Part shown: positions 1-14,271 of the stretch, one piece after another
Layout: each line of letters opens with the position of its first letter
How positions within the stretch are numbered: the first letter of the stretch is position 1
Assembly: GCF_009914755.1 (NCBI RefSeq)
Contig: NC_060932.1
Origin: the human T2T-CHM13v2.0 reference genome, Homo sapiens
Direction: 5' to 3' (one strand)
DNA: 64,000 nucleotides
Program-made: the position numbers and the translations under genes
The notes under the pieces: model-generated
What the model saw: the letters and a program-made list of their open reading frames with translations, nothing else
Told to the model about the DNA's origin: nothing
Databases searched by the model: none

Positions 1-102
1 CTAGTAACAGTGAATTTTGCTTTTTTTAAACTTCTAAACTTGAAAGAGTGGTTTAACTAGGGAGGTCTCTTTTAAGGACAAGGCCACTAAACCTCGAGTA
101 GA

Positions 103-278
103 TTTCTTTCTTTGCTTTTCTTAGAGGTGGGGTCTTGCTATGTTGCCCAGGCTGGAGTGCAGTGGCTATTCACAAGCACAATCACAACGCACCGCAGCCT
201 TGAACTCCTGGCCCAAGTGATCCTCCCACTGCAGCCTTCCAAGTAGCTGGGGCTACAGGCACGCACTACCACTCCCAG
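103..278 (-). mobile_element. FAM (fossil Alu monomer, 7SL-derived SINE)
   Basis: Monomeric Alu-like sequence retaining the 7SL-type segment cagtggctattcac, which dimeric Alus lack; T-rich tail on the left. Confidence 0.8.
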
Positions 279-746
279 TATGAATGGGTTTCTTAAGAGT
301 TATCCAGATAATTCAGACTTAACGTCTCATATTAGAGAATAAAACTCAACTAATATCTTTTTTGACAGGGAAATAATGTAAAAATGTTTACATTATTACA
401 CACTACAATAATAATGTACTAATGTTTATCTACTTTTGTCAAGTACTTTCACAGACCACTCTCCATGAATGTTAAGCATCATGACAAGTAAGCTTGTCTT
501 CCTTATAAGAGAGACTGGGAAGTGGAGACTCAGAAAAATTCAGCAACTCAGGGAACTCCCATACTAAGTTGTGAAGGGACTGATCTTGGATTTGAGTCTA
601 AGCCTGAGTTCCAAGTGCCTCCCCTTAAACCTCTCAGGTCAAGACCAAAGGCAAATGTTCCTACCAAGCTCCCTGCTCCTCACCCAGCAAGAAGGGTTTA
701 GATAACTGAAGAGGGTTAAATCAAAAATCAGTAAGACATTTGCCTA

Positions 747-1395
<649 letters not shown>

Positions 1396-1400
1396 AAGAA

Positions 1401-1674
1401 GTGCCGGGCATGGTGGCTCACTCCTGTAATCTCAGCACTTTGGGAGGCTGAGGCAGGCGGATCACCTGAGGTCGGGAGTTGGAGACCAACCTGACCAACA
1501 TGGAGAAACCCCGCCTCTACTAAAAATACAAAAATTAGCTGGGCGTGGTGGCGCATGCTTGTAATCCCAGCTACTTGGAAGGCTGAGGCAGGAGAATCAC
1601 TTGAACCTGGGAGGTGGAGGTTGTGGTGAGCCGAGATTGCCCTCTAGCCTGGGCTACGAGAGTGAAACTCCATC

Positions 1675-1701
<27 letters not shown>
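1401..1701 (+). mobile_element. AluSp-like
   Basis: Diagnostic gtcgggagtt...ctgaccaacatggagaaacc; long poly(A) tail. Confidence 0.93.
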
Positions 1702-1705
<4 letters not shown>

Positions 1706-2614
1706 AGAGAGAGAACTGTGACCTCGGGTACCAGGACAAATACCAAGGAGATCTCACTAGAGAGGGTTCTCTCTCCTTAGCATGTCTGTCCTTGGTCTAG
1801 ATCCTCAGACTGGCCTCCGTGAGCATTTCTGAGTCTGAGAGCAAACTGCCTGCAAGCACTGCCTGAGGAGGACGATGTGACCAGCTGCCCTGGTGAGCAT
1901 TTCAGATGAGGAAAGACCATTTCCAGCTTGCTTGAAAGAGAAACAAGGAAATGCTCAGGGGACAGCCAAGCTGCATCTATCACCACCTCTCATTCTGGCA
2001 CCCAAGGAGATGGGACCCAGGTGCCCCGAGAAAGACTGACAGAACAAGGCGTGGGAGCTGAAGGCCGAGGGCTGGAATCCATCGGGCTCTGAGATCATGG
2101 CTCTACTCCCTCATCAGCTTCAGAATCCAAGACCTCCCTTTCCTTTAAGATTCTTGATAAATGCCAGAGCAGAAATGGGAGAGGCAGGAAGTTCAGGTTC
2201 AAGGTCAGAAGAGGTGGTGGTGTGGGATTAGCAGCTCCTGGCCAGTCACCTGAATTTATCTGGAGAGAAAAACAGGGTTGCTCCCTTTCCTAACATGGCA
2301 GGATAGTAGGACAGCCCTTGCTCCCCAGGGGCCCCTGGAAATGAATTCCAGTGGGCCTAGGAGAGGGAAGTGGCCATGTTTCCCTCCACTCTTCAGAGAA
2401 GTAAGACAATTCGCCAGCCTAGAGCACTGTCAGAGCATAGGGTGATTCCTAGTTTGCTGGCTGATCTCTGCTGCCCAGCTGGATTGTTTTTCACTCAGCA
2501 ACAGAGTCCCAGGCACTGTTTTGCTCTTCTGAATAGCAGAAACACTTTTCATGCAGCTACAGGATAATTTCCTAACAAGTGCATGATTTCCTGCTTAGAT
2601 ACTTAGAGTGAATA

Positions 2615-2785
2615 GCTCTCAACCCTGACCGCACATTCAGGTCACCCAGGACAGTTAAAAGCCCCCAGAGCCCGGAAATCACCCCTGATCAGTTAGGTCA
2701 GCATTCCTTGGGTGGGCCTCGGACACCAGGGTTAGAAAAGTTCCCCAGGTGATTCTAATGTGCGCCGAAGGTTGGAACCAGCTGT
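2615..2785. mobile_element. MER5A-family hAT-Charlie MITE
   Basis: caaccctgaccgcacatt...ccccaggtgattctaatgtgc...ggttggaacca motifs. Confidence 0.75.
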
Positions 2786-2794
2786 TTAGAATCA

Positions 2795-3065
2795 TTCAGG
2801 CCTCTGCTGACATGTCACCTCCCGCAAAAATGCTTTCCCCAACCAGCCAGTTTCAAAGAGCCTGCTTATTTTTTTTCTGCTAACAGATATTACATGACAG
2901 AGTTATTTGTGTGTTTGTGTTGTCTGACTGCTCAATTAGAAAGTTCTGCATGGGCAGGGGCATCAGTGAACCATCTGTGTTGTTTGCCACCGTATCCCGG
3001 TACCCAGAACTGAGCCGGCAGAGAGGAAGCACGGTCTGAATCGTGGCTGAGCAAATGAATACATG
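2795..3065 (+). mobile_element. L2 3' end
   Basis: catgggcagggg...tgtttgccaccgtatccc...ctgagcaaatgaat resembles the L2 terminus. Confidence 0.65.
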
Positions 3066-3267
3066 ACCAAGAGGCGGTTTTTATTCATTTTATGATCCAT
3101 TCACAGGCTTGTGGTGGATGAATAATGTTTGTAAGATTGCAGGAGAGTGTGTCAGAATGGAGACTGTCCCTAACTCCAGGCTCTGGGGGGAGAGCACCCA
3201 CCCTTCTGTTATGGGGTTGTAAAATCCCTCAAAAATCACACTAGATCGCCCCGCAGAGTGCGGTCCA

Positions 3268-3286
3268 CAGCGCCATCTGCTGCTCA
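3268..3286 (-). promoter_or_regulatory. CTCF motif (reverse orientation)
   Basis: Minus strand reads TGAGCAGCAGATGGCGCTG, a strong match to the CTCF core, in a small CpG-retaining patch. Confidence 0.65.
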
Positions 3287-3989
3287 AAACATAGAACTGG
3301 GTTTGTCTAAGATCTGGAAGGGGTGCTTCAAAGAGTCTCCCCTAGAAAAGGAGCCACAGGCAAGCCTCTTCCTGGACACAGTCAACAGTTTGGGTGTACA
3401 CCATCTTGTGTGTGGGTGTGAGTGTGTGTCTGTTTGTTCATATGTGTGCGTGCTTGTAAACAGAGACAGTGATTGAGATTTACCTAAAGCACAAATGCAA
3501 AACCAAATTCAACCACTATTTTAGGATTGACCCAAGCAGTGAAGAATCTCTGGGTCAGGGCCAGAGAAGTCAAACCTAAGAATCTTGAAATAACTCCAAC
3601 AAGTTAAAAATGCCCAGCGTGAAATGAGTGGGAGATTCCATTCTCTGTCTCTCCCAACATCTGCTGCTTTGGGACCATACCGAGGTGACCACATAAAGGG
3701 CTGTTTGGTGGTCTTTGATCAGTTCCTGGAGCTAAAATGACAAGAGGTCCCAGCTGTTAGAAGAGCTATTCCAAGTACTTAAGCAGGCTTCCAAATGCTT
3801 ACCCTATGTTCATTAAGCTTTAGACTGGTTTGTTGTTTTTATACTGTAACCCAATCTTTAGAATGAAAGCCTCATACTCTCTGTCTGTCTGTGTCTCTCT
3901 CTCTCACACACCCTACACATGTACACATGCAAGATTTAATATATTTGGAAGCTTCTCCTTGACCCTTACAAAAATGATGTAGTCTATTT

Positions 3990-4385
3990 CAACTTGAAAA
4001 TATTGGAGAAGTCCAGAGATAATCCCTGGGGGAGGTGAGGTTATTTAACCTGGAGAGGAGAAAGTTGATTTAATAAAATCTTCAAGTGAAGAGCAGGTGT
4101 TGATTAGGTGGGCATAGGACTAAAAGATGTGTGGGCTACTTACACCATAGGGGCTCCCCTTTATGGAGTTCTATGCAGAAGATACCATGATATCCTGTGA
4201 TAAACATGCTGCCCTGAGTGACAGCCAGTCATGCTTAAGAGAGTTCTAAGGTCTCCCAAGGACCATTATGCCAAATATGGGCACCAGCTGTTCTCCAAAG
4301 TACAGAGGTGAAAACAAAGAAAACTGGCTTACACTATGGCTTGAGGAAATAAACCAAACATCAAGAATTTCTCAACAGTGAATTA
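3990..4385 (+). mobile_element. L3/CR1 LINE fragments
   Basis: ttatttaacctggagaggagaaag and ggcttacact...aagaatttctcaacagtga resemble the CR1/L3 ORF2 3' region. Confidence 0.55.
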
Positions 4386-4529
4386 TTATGTTCTAGACCA
4401 AGCCATAGAGAAAACGTATAAATATTCTTTTTATTGGTGACTCGTTTCAAGATAGGACACATTCTTATCTGAGACTGCTGGTGTCTGAGATTTTTAGGAA
4501 TTGGAGGCAGTGAATATAAGAAGTGATTT

Positions 4530-5000
4530 CTGTGGTCATTCAGCAAATATTTAATAAGAACCTGGTCTCTATCAGGCCCGGTCATGGTTCCTGGGGAGAA
4601 TTCAGGCTTGTATACGACCTGGTCCTGCCCCTCTGGGAAGATGGGGTGAGGATGGGAGGAGCAGTGAGAAAGACACAAAGAGACACCAGACACCCTAGAG
4701 AGGTTGCTTCTCATGGGGCTGACCAGGCTGTGCTTGAGTTGAGCCTTGGAAGGATGGGTTGGATTTTGTTTAACGGGACAGCAGGGAGTGAGGCAAGGCT
4801 GGTGCAGCCAGGCCAAAGCGACTCTGAGAGTGAAAACCCAGTCTTAGGAATCCACAAGTCAAGTCTGAGGGATGGTGGGTCATTTGGGTTGGAGCAGATG
4901 TGTGTAGGGGGCAGTGGTGATAGATAAATAGAGAAAGGTAGTTGTGGGTGGCCTCAAATGCCAAACTAAGGAATTCAGACTGTGTTCTGTGAGCAACAGG
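4530..5000 (-). mobile_element. L2 fragment
   Basis: Starts tcattcagcaaatattta (L2 3' end read antisense); ttgagttgagccttggaaggatgg. Confidence 0.6.
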
Positions 5001-5323
5001 ATGTTAGTTAGGACCTTCAAGATGCCAGTGGCCTAAAGAAATTGTGTGTTCTGAGCCTATGGTTTATGCTGCTGGGAGTCACAGGGATCCCCCCTGAGTC
5101 CTAGAAAATCTGGGAACAGCTAAGGGGGAGATTGCTGGTTCCTTTTTCAGAAGAAAAGGTAGTTATTCCATGGAAGATGCCAAGTTCCACCAAACATGCT
5201 TGAAACGCCACTCAGGGGACGTAACCTAAACAGCATCACCTTACAGTAGCATCAGTAGACTTCCACCTTATCGTGTTTATAAGTCATAATCCTATCCAGA
5301 CAATAGCCCTACTATTCTACAGA

Positions 5324-5617
5324 CTAAGAGGTGTACAAACCTCTAGCTGTTTTTCCAGGAGGAATACCCTTCCTTGGTAATTTTGAGCATTCGTCTCAAA
5401 ATAATTTGAGTGTGCTTTATCCCCTTTATTTTAGATTTTTACCTACACTGTATTCATTCCTTATGATTGGCTAAGAGGTGTACAAACCTCTAGCTGTTTT
5501 TCCAGGAGGAATACCCTTCCTTGGTAATTTTGAGCATTCGTCTCAAAATAATTTGAGTGTGCTTTATCTCCTTTATTTTAGATTTTTACCTACACTGTAT
5601 TCATTCCTTATGATTGG
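5324..5617. repeat. 147-bp tandem duplication (2 copies, 1 mismatch)
   Basis: 5324-5470 and 5471-5617 are identical except C5422 versus T5569. Confidence 0.97.
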
Positions 5618-5679
5618 CCTAGTGTTATTTGGAGGCCTTTTAAAAACTGAAATCCTTCTGGTATTTCTGGGATAAGAGA

Positions 5680-5900
5680 AGCAAAGTGATTAAAGTTGGA
5701 CTCTTGAGTCAAACTTCCTGAAAACATATTGACCGTAGGCAAATTACTCACCCTCTCTAGGCCTCAATTTCCTCATCTGTAAAATGGGGATAGCAATGGT
5801 ACTTACTACCTGATTGGGTTGTGAGGACCAAGTGGTGTGATACCTGTAAGATGATTAGAAGAGTGTCCAACACTAACGTATACTGGAAGCCAAGTACATG
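5680..5900 (+). mobile_element. MIR
   Basis: MIR core cctcaatttcctcatctgtaaaatgggga. Confidence 0.8.
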
Positions 5901-6049
5901 CTATTTCCATCACTTTACTTTCCGTACTTGGGTCAAAGTTGGCCTCTGTTAACACCACATCTGGCTCTCAGCTGGCTTAGCCTCTGATTCTTGTAACAAC
6001 AGCCCTTTCTTTCCTGGCCCTGCCACCTCCTAGACCTCATGTCCTGGGA

Positions 6050-6460
6050 AGCAGTCTGCTTCCCAGACACACTGTGCCCCTTCATGTGTCAATGACTATG
6101 CACATGGCATTTCTGGGGCTTTTTACATCTCCTCTCCATTCTTTAAACCCAGCACAGGGGTCACCTGCCCCGAGAAGACTCCCCTGCTGTCCACACTGGC
6201 TCCCATCATGCCCCTGCCCACCCCAAGGAGAGCAAGCACCTGCCTTCTGTGACGGCTGGACCTGCTCATATTTCTGTCTCTGTGTCCACTGCCCTGATGG
6301 GTAGTTACTTGTTCTCAGGCTTTTCTCCCTCGCTGTGCTGCAGGCCCCTGAAGACCAAGACCTTGTCTTACTCATGTGTGTAACACCAGGCATTGTAACA
6401 CCAGGCATGACGTGAACTAGAGCAGGGGCCGAGTGAGGGTTTGCTCGGTTGAACTAAGTG
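6050..6460 (+). mobile_element. L2 3' fragment containing a 15-bp tandem repeat
   Basis: L2-like motifs; tgtaacaccaggcat occurs twice (6379-6408). Confidence 0.5.
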
Positions 6461-7044
6461 GGGCTGAGAAGATTCAAGAGCCTGCTTGGAAGTGCCAGAT
6501 GTGTAACAGATGCTGTCTGGTGCTTTGTGGGAACACACTACCTCAATAAGTAGCATTCCATAGAGCTCAAGGTCTAGTTAGGGAGTCCATAGGCTGTAGG
6601 TGACAAAGGCCAAAGGGAGTCAAAGAACAAAATAATGGAGAGCTGGAAAATATCAAGTCCAAGTGCTGAGGATGGGATGGGGTGAATTTGAGTCTAGAAA
6701 TAAGGGAAGCAAAAGACCCAGATTTGAGGAAGGAAGAGGGAGGGTGAGGCAGGGTGGGCAGGGAAAGGCAGGGGGCTCAGGCATTCCAGGCTGAGGGCAG
6801 GCCTTGGAGAGCCTTGCATATCTCAGAGATGCACCTTCATGCCCTAGGTGGGGCAATAGTCTGCGAGAAGGGCCTGATGAAGGAGGAGCTTCGAGGTAAG
6901 AACTAAGTGGGGAAAACCATAGATTCTTGGCCAAGGGACCTTCATAATACATGACTTATTCTGCTAGTTCTTTTAACATGAGCCTTTAATACTTTTTTGT
7001 GGAATGAATAAGCAAGGGAGGAAGCCAGATGTGGAAGAAGGAAG

Positions 7045-7170
7045 ATGAGCTGTGGACTTAGTCACCTGGGTTTGAATCTTGGAGTCACTACCTGCTGGTT
7101 CTGTGATGCAAGCATGTTCCCAATCTTCTACAAGCCTCAGTGTCCTCATCTGTGAACTGGGGATGACATA
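7045..7170 (+). mobile_element. MIR fragment
   Basis: cctgggtttgaatc...gcctcagtgtcctcatctgtgaactgggg. Confidence 0.7.
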
Positions 7171-7191
7171 TGCTTCATTTTGGGGTGGGGT

Positions 7192-8076
7192 CAGCTTTAT
7201 TTAGGTATAATTTACATACAGTAAATATTCACCAATTTTAAGTGTCCCCAATTAAGTGATTTTTTGAAATTATGTTGTTGTGTAACTACCATCACAGTAA
7301 AGATATTAAATTTTTACATCACCCTCAAAAAATGTCCTTATGTCCCTTGCAGTCAATCCCCTTCTCCCACTCCTGGCCCCTAGCAACCAAAGGTCTGCTT
7401 TCCATTACCATCATCTTGCAATTCCTAGACTTTCATACACATGGAACCATGCTGTTATAATCTTTATGCCAACCTTTTTTTTAACTTCGCATGATGCTTT
7501 TGAAATTCACCTAAGTTGTTGCTATTATTGAGTTCCTTTCTTTTTCGCTGAGTAGTTTTCTATTTTATGAATATCATACAATATATGCTTTTCTGTTCAT
7601 CCATTGGTGGACATTTAGGTTGGTGTCAGTTTTTACCTACTATAAATAAAGCTACTATGAGTATTGGTGCATAAGTCTTTGGGCAGATTAATATTTTCAT
7701 TTCTTTTGGATAAATACCTGGGAGTCAAAGTGCGGGGCATATGGCAGCCTTTGTTTAAAAGACTACCGATCTGTTTTTTAAAATGGCTACACCGTTTTGC
7801 ATTCTTACCAGCACAGCCTGAGAGTGCCAGTTCTCCAGATCCTCGCTGACATTTGATATTATGTGTCTTCTAAAATTGTAGCTATTCTAGTGACTGTACA
7901 GTGGTAATTTATTGTAGTTTTAATTTTCAAGATTTTCTGATAACATTTTTTAATGTAGGTAGTGGCAATTCGTATCTTCTTTGGTGTAGTGTCTGTTCAA
8001 ATAGTTTGCCAATTTTTTACCTAAATTGATTAGTTTATTTTCTTAATATTTTCGAGTGGTAAAGGTTTATTATATA
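7192..8076 (-). mobile_element. L1M (L1MB/MC/ME-like) 3' portion
   Basis: cagctttatttaggtataatttacatacagtaaa is an antisense L1M 3' end; the element resumes at ~9602-10400. Confidence 0.8.
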
Positions 8077-9080
8077 TGATTGATCCTTGAACAATGGGTT
8101 AGGGGCACCAACACCCCCCCACTCCTGCAGTTGAAATTCCACATATAACTTTTGACACCCCCAAAACTTAACTAATAGCCTACTGTTAACTGGAAGCCTT
8201 ACCGCTAACATAAACAATTGATTTACACATATTTTGTATGTTATACGTATTATATACTGTATTCTTACAATAAAGCTAGCTAGAGAAAAGAAAGTGCTAT
8301 TAGGAAAATCATAAAGAAGACAAAATACATTTACACTACTGTACCGTATTTATCGATACCGTAAGTTTCTATTGTCTGTTTATAAGATGAATCCTCTGTC
8401 TAAAATGGCAACTGCAGCTACAAGCCTCAGTCTATGGTACATCAAGAAACTCAATCTTTTCCTGTACTGACATGACTTTTCTGCTTCTTGGGAGCACTTC
8501 CAACATCACTGGTGGCACTTCCTACTTGTCCCATGGTGTTATTCAAGGATTACAGTATTACAATAAACACAATGAAAAATACCTGAGAACCAACAAAGAT
8601 CACTTTTTATTTGGATGTGCAGCTTACTGGAGAGATGAACTGCCCACATGGAGATGAATAGCTTACATGACATGTTAAGTGGATATTCTTAAAACGAAAG
8701 CTTCATGACAATAACAACAGGAGGTGCCTATGAAGTTATTACGGTACCACAGGATGTACAGGTTAATTTTATGCAGTTCTGATGTAATACTGCATCTTTA
8801 TGTTTGTTTCCATTTCTTTTGACTGCGAATGGTGCCATGTACAGTCCGTGTTTGTGTGTGTGTAAGTTTCGTTAACTTTTAACTTTATATGAAAGATTTG
8901 TGTATATTTTATGGTAGTCAATGATAAAATAGACTAGTGTCTACATACATTTTATGCATTCATGACATACCTTTTTCTTAATTTTGATATTTCTAGGCTG
9001 CACAGTTCATCTTTGAATGTTTTCAAATTATTGCAAATCTACAAAAAGTTTTTCAATATATGTATTGAAAAATATCCATG
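8077..9080. mobile_element. Tigger2b-like (TcMar-Tigger), right terminal inverted repeat missing
   Basis: tgatccttgaacaa...gggttaggggcacc...aatagcctactgtt matches the Tigger2/MER8 end; sequence stops at the U7 insertion. Confidence 0.8.
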
Positions 9081-9081
9081 T

Positions 9082-9141
9082 AGTGTTACAGCTCTTTTAG
9101 AATTTGTCTAGCAGGTTTCCCAGTATTCACCGGAAAGCTCC
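9082..9141 (+). pseudogene. U7 snRNA retropseudogene (RNU7 family)
   Basis: AGTGTTACAGCTCTTTTAGAATTTGTCTAG matches human U7 (histone-pairing region plus the U7-specific Sm site AATTTGTCTAG). A diverged 3' stem (...accggaaagc) and an A-rich tail follow. It lies inside a transposon with no recognisable snRNA promoter. Confidence 0.93.
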
Positions 9142-9308
9142 AAAAAAAAATGAAAGAAAGAAAGGAAGATAGGAAGGAAGGAAGGAAAGAGAGAGAGAAA
9201 GAAAGAAGAAAAGAAGAAAAGAAAGAAAGAAAGAGAGAAAGAAAGAAAGAAAGAGAATGAAAGAAAGAAAGAAAGAAAGAGAAAAAGAAAGAAAGAAAAG
9301 AGAAAAAG
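9142..9308 (+). repeat. (GAAA)n/(GGAA)n purine microsatellite derived from the U7 poly(A) tail
   Basis: Nearly pure A/G tract immediately after the U7 copy. Confidence 0.9.
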
Positions 9309-9601
9309 ATCCTCCAGCCTCAGCCTCCCAAGTAGCTAGGCTTACAGGTATGAGCTGCCATATCTGGCAAACTATTTTTAAAAAGTTTTAAAAAATACTT
9401 TTTAAAATTAAATTTCTCTCTGCATTTCATTTTGCATAATTTCTATTGTCTTGTCTTTTTTCTATTCTTTTGTCTCCTTTTTGTAGAGATGGGGTCTTGT
9501 TATGTTACCCAGGCTGGTCTCAAACTCCTGGCCTCAAGTGATCCTCCTTCCTTGGCCTCCCAAGGTTTTGGGATTACAGGCATGAGCCACCTTGCTTGGC
9601 C
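9308..9601 (-). mobile_element. AluJ, 3'-truncated, with an insertion in the central linker
   Basis: Right-arm remnant 9308-9368, left arm 9480-9601, with about 110 bp between them. Confidence 0.85.
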
Positions 9602-11660
9602 TCTTTCCATTTTTAAACAGTGTCTTTTGAAGAACTAAAGTTATTAATTTTAATGAAGTCCAGTTTATTAATTTTTTCTTTTGTACTTCAGGCTTCTTAT
9701 GTTCGATTTGAGAAATCTTTCCCAAGCCTAAGTCACAGAGATTTTCTTGTGTTCTCTTCTGAAAGTTGTATAACGTTATGTCTTACCCTTAGCTCTATGG
9801 TTCATTCAGAGTTAGTCTTTCTGTATGGTCTGATATAAGGGTCAAGATTTATTTTCTTACATATGGATCACTTGGATAACTAACTGTTCCAGGACTATGT
9901 GTTGAAAAGATTATTCTTTCCTTAGTTAATTACCTTGGCCTTTTAATTACTTTGGCCTTTTATTTATTTATTTTGTCAAAAGCCAATTCACCACATATGA
10001 ATGAGACTATCTCTGGACTCTCTGCTCTATTGACCTATATGATTGTCTTTACACAAATACCACTCTCTCCATTGTTATATAGTTCTATTGCATGTACTGA
10101 AATCAAATAATATAACTCATTCCACAGTAACCTTCTTTTTCAAAATTGCTTTACATGTTTTAGGTCCTTTGCATTTTCACATACATTCTAGACCTAGTTT
10201 GTCAATTTCTACAAAGAGCCTGGGGTTTTGATTGGAACTATATTGAACCTATGTATCAATTTGGGGAGAATGGACAGATAACAATATTGAGTTTTCTGAC
10301 CCATGAATAGGACATATCTCTCTTTCTTTAATTTCCCTCAGCAATGCTTTTTGGTTTTTAATGTATGTCTTGTACATATTTTATAAAATTTAACCAAGGA
10401 ATTTAATACCTCTCTCTGCTCTTCATATGGCATTCCATGTACATGTGTTTATTACATGTAAATGTAATTGTTATTACAAGTAACGACGTGTAAATGTAAT
10501 TGTAGTTACAAGGTCATTTTATATTGTCTTACAGGTCACTGATACTCAGTTCTTATTTTTTTTGTTTGTTTGTTTTTTGAGACAGGGTCTTGTTCTGTCA
10601 CCCAGGCTACAGCACAGTGGCCCAGTCAGGGCGTACTGCAGCCTTGACCTCCCGGACTCAATCAATCCACTTGCCTCAGCCTCCTGAGTAGCTGGGACTA
10701 CAGGCACACATCACCACACCCAGCTAATTTTTGTATTTTATTTTTTGAAGAGATGAGGTTTTGCTATGTTGCCCAGGCTGGTTTCCAACTCCTGGGCTCA
10801 AGTGATCTGCCTGCCTTGGCCTCCAAAGTGCTGAGATTATAGGCCTGAGCCACTGTGCCCAGTTCTTACATACTTTTTAAAATCGTATTTCTCTCTGGGT
10901 TTCATTTTGTGTAATTTCTATTGTTCTGTCTTTAAAGACACTAGTATTTACTTCTCCAGTGTCTAATCTGCTATTAATCCAAGCCAGTGTTTTTTCTTTT
11001 CTGATAATGTATTTTTCATCTATAAGAAGTTCTATTTATGTCCTTTATGTGTATTTAATTTCTCTCCTTATGATGTTCAGATTTTCCTCTAACTTTTTGA
11101 ACATATGAAGTATATTTATAATATCTCATTTAACACCCGTGTATGCTAATTTAATTCTATGTCTGTTTCATTTGATTGTTTTTTCCTTCTGTCTATGGGT
11201 TGTATTTTCCTGCTTCTTTTCATGCCTGATAATTTTTGGCTGGGTGCTAGACAATGATAATTTTACATTGTTAAATGCTCAGTATTTTTAAACTATTATT
11301 TAAATATTGCTGGGCTCTGTTCTGAGATGCAGTTACTTGGAAATAGTTTGAACGTTTCAAGTCTTGCTTTTAAGCTTTGTTAGGAAGGGGAGTTCAGAAC
11401 AATCTTTAGGACTTCTTGATTTATTTGGTCCCACTATGAAGCAATACCCTTCTTATGGGTACAATGCTCTATGTATCTGGAGGTTTTTCCACTCAGGCTA
11501 GTGCATATAAACTATTCTAGTCTCTGTGAGCTGTTGGAATTGTTCCACCTACATCTTTTCAGTGATTCTTTCCCCATTCTCAGTGGTCTCCTTCCCTGCA
11601 TATAGAGATCAGTACAGCACAACCATACATACAAGGGGATCCCTCTGAAGAACGTCGGCC
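9602..11660 (-). mobile_element. Old L1 fragments (ORF2 and 5' region, L1ME-like)
   Basis: tttaatgaagtccagtttatta, gtcaatttctacaaa and ttggggagaatggaca are L1M ORF2 antisense motifs; interrupted by an AluJ. Confidence 0.7.
10556..10861 (-). mobile_element. AluJ
   Basis: Full dimer; target-site duplication (TSD) cagttctta at 10547-10555 and 10860-10868. Confidence 0.93.
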
Positions 11661-11683
11661 TGTTCTTTCTCTCTCTCACTCCT

Positions 11684-12975
<1,292 letters not shown>

Positions 12976-13929
12976 CTGTTATTTTTCCTACAAATTTTAG
13001 TCACCTTTGTCTCTCTTTACTAGGAATTGAGTTTCTTCAACTCAGGGGACCACGGGGCTCTGTCTGGGGCCACCTTTCTTACCCTGTAGCCTGTAAACTT
13101 GCTCCAAGTCCTGAGCTAAGGCACTCATAGGACACACCTTGTTTGTTTTCCTTTTCTCAGTGATCACCTATATGGCCAGGTTTCAGTGTCTGAAGAACAT
13201 TGTTTCATATCGTTTGTCCATTTTTTCAGTTGGTTAAGATAGGAAGGTAATTCTGGTCCCTAGCTGAAAGCAGAAATCCTGTATTTTGTCATTTGTATTA
13301 AACCTGGTAACGTGCTGGGTACCTGAAGTACACGGCCCAGCACCTGGCACTGGAATAGCGATCAGCTCCTTTACTCCTCCTCATTGTGAAATGGCACAGG
13401 AGCCCCGTCATTTGACATGGTACCAGAAATGATTAGTTAGAAGACCATTCAGGAACTGTGCATGAAATATATAACTCAATTACAAAATATATAACTAACT
13501 CAATCACAAAATATAAAACTCAGTGGGTGTATTGAGCACCCATTGATGGCAGGTGCTGTTCTAAAGCAAAATTTTTGCCAACAGCAGCGATTTCAGGGCT
13601 GTTGGCATTCTTTATCTCCTGAGACTCTCCTTAGATTTCCTTATGAGAAACCGAGGTTTGACGATGAAGTAGGGTACTTCCTGGTGAGATTTACTGCTAA
13701 AGACTTTGCCAGAGGAGATTTCTTCTAATGATCAGGCCCCTCAGTAAAATGTATCTTCTATATTTCTAATTATAATTGACCAAGGAAAAAAGTCCAAATC
13801 AATTTTTATGGACAGTGAAGCCTCCACTGTCCTAAGTTGGTGTCTGCCTTTTCTGTCTCCCTGAATTCTACCTCCCTCCCAGAATGCCTGGTTCAGTCTG
13901 TGTGCTCCCGGGGGGTGATGGATAACACT

Positions 13930-14110
13930 GTTAAACACTCTGTGCTTCAGTTTCCTGCTATATAAAGCGAGGACAGTGATAGGACGGATTTCATGGGGTC
14001 GTTGGGAGAATTCAGTGACTTACTAAGTGTGAAGAACTAAGGACTGCAGCTGGCACGCAGTAAGCCTTCAACTAATGTTGCTATGATTACTGTTATTGTC
14101 ATTATTGCTG
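13930..14110 (+). mobile_element. MIR
   Basis: ctctgtgcttcagtttcct...gctggcacgcagtaagcc. Confidence 0.65.
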
Positions 14111-14271
14111 CATTGTTGTTTTGTTAATTGTTATTTTTATGTTATATAGTGAGAGCAGGATGCACTGAAATGGCTTCTTATTTTTACTAGGCTGTGATGT
14201 TCTCGAGGGCAGGGTCTGGACTTTATCACCGTCTCCACCCCATCCATGGAAGCAGTGTGGTGTGATAGTTA

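Noticed and set aside
10455-10512. ~25-bp imperfect tandem repeat, and AT-rich repeats at 13466-13522
   Set aside because: Ordinary slippage products in AT-rich sequence.
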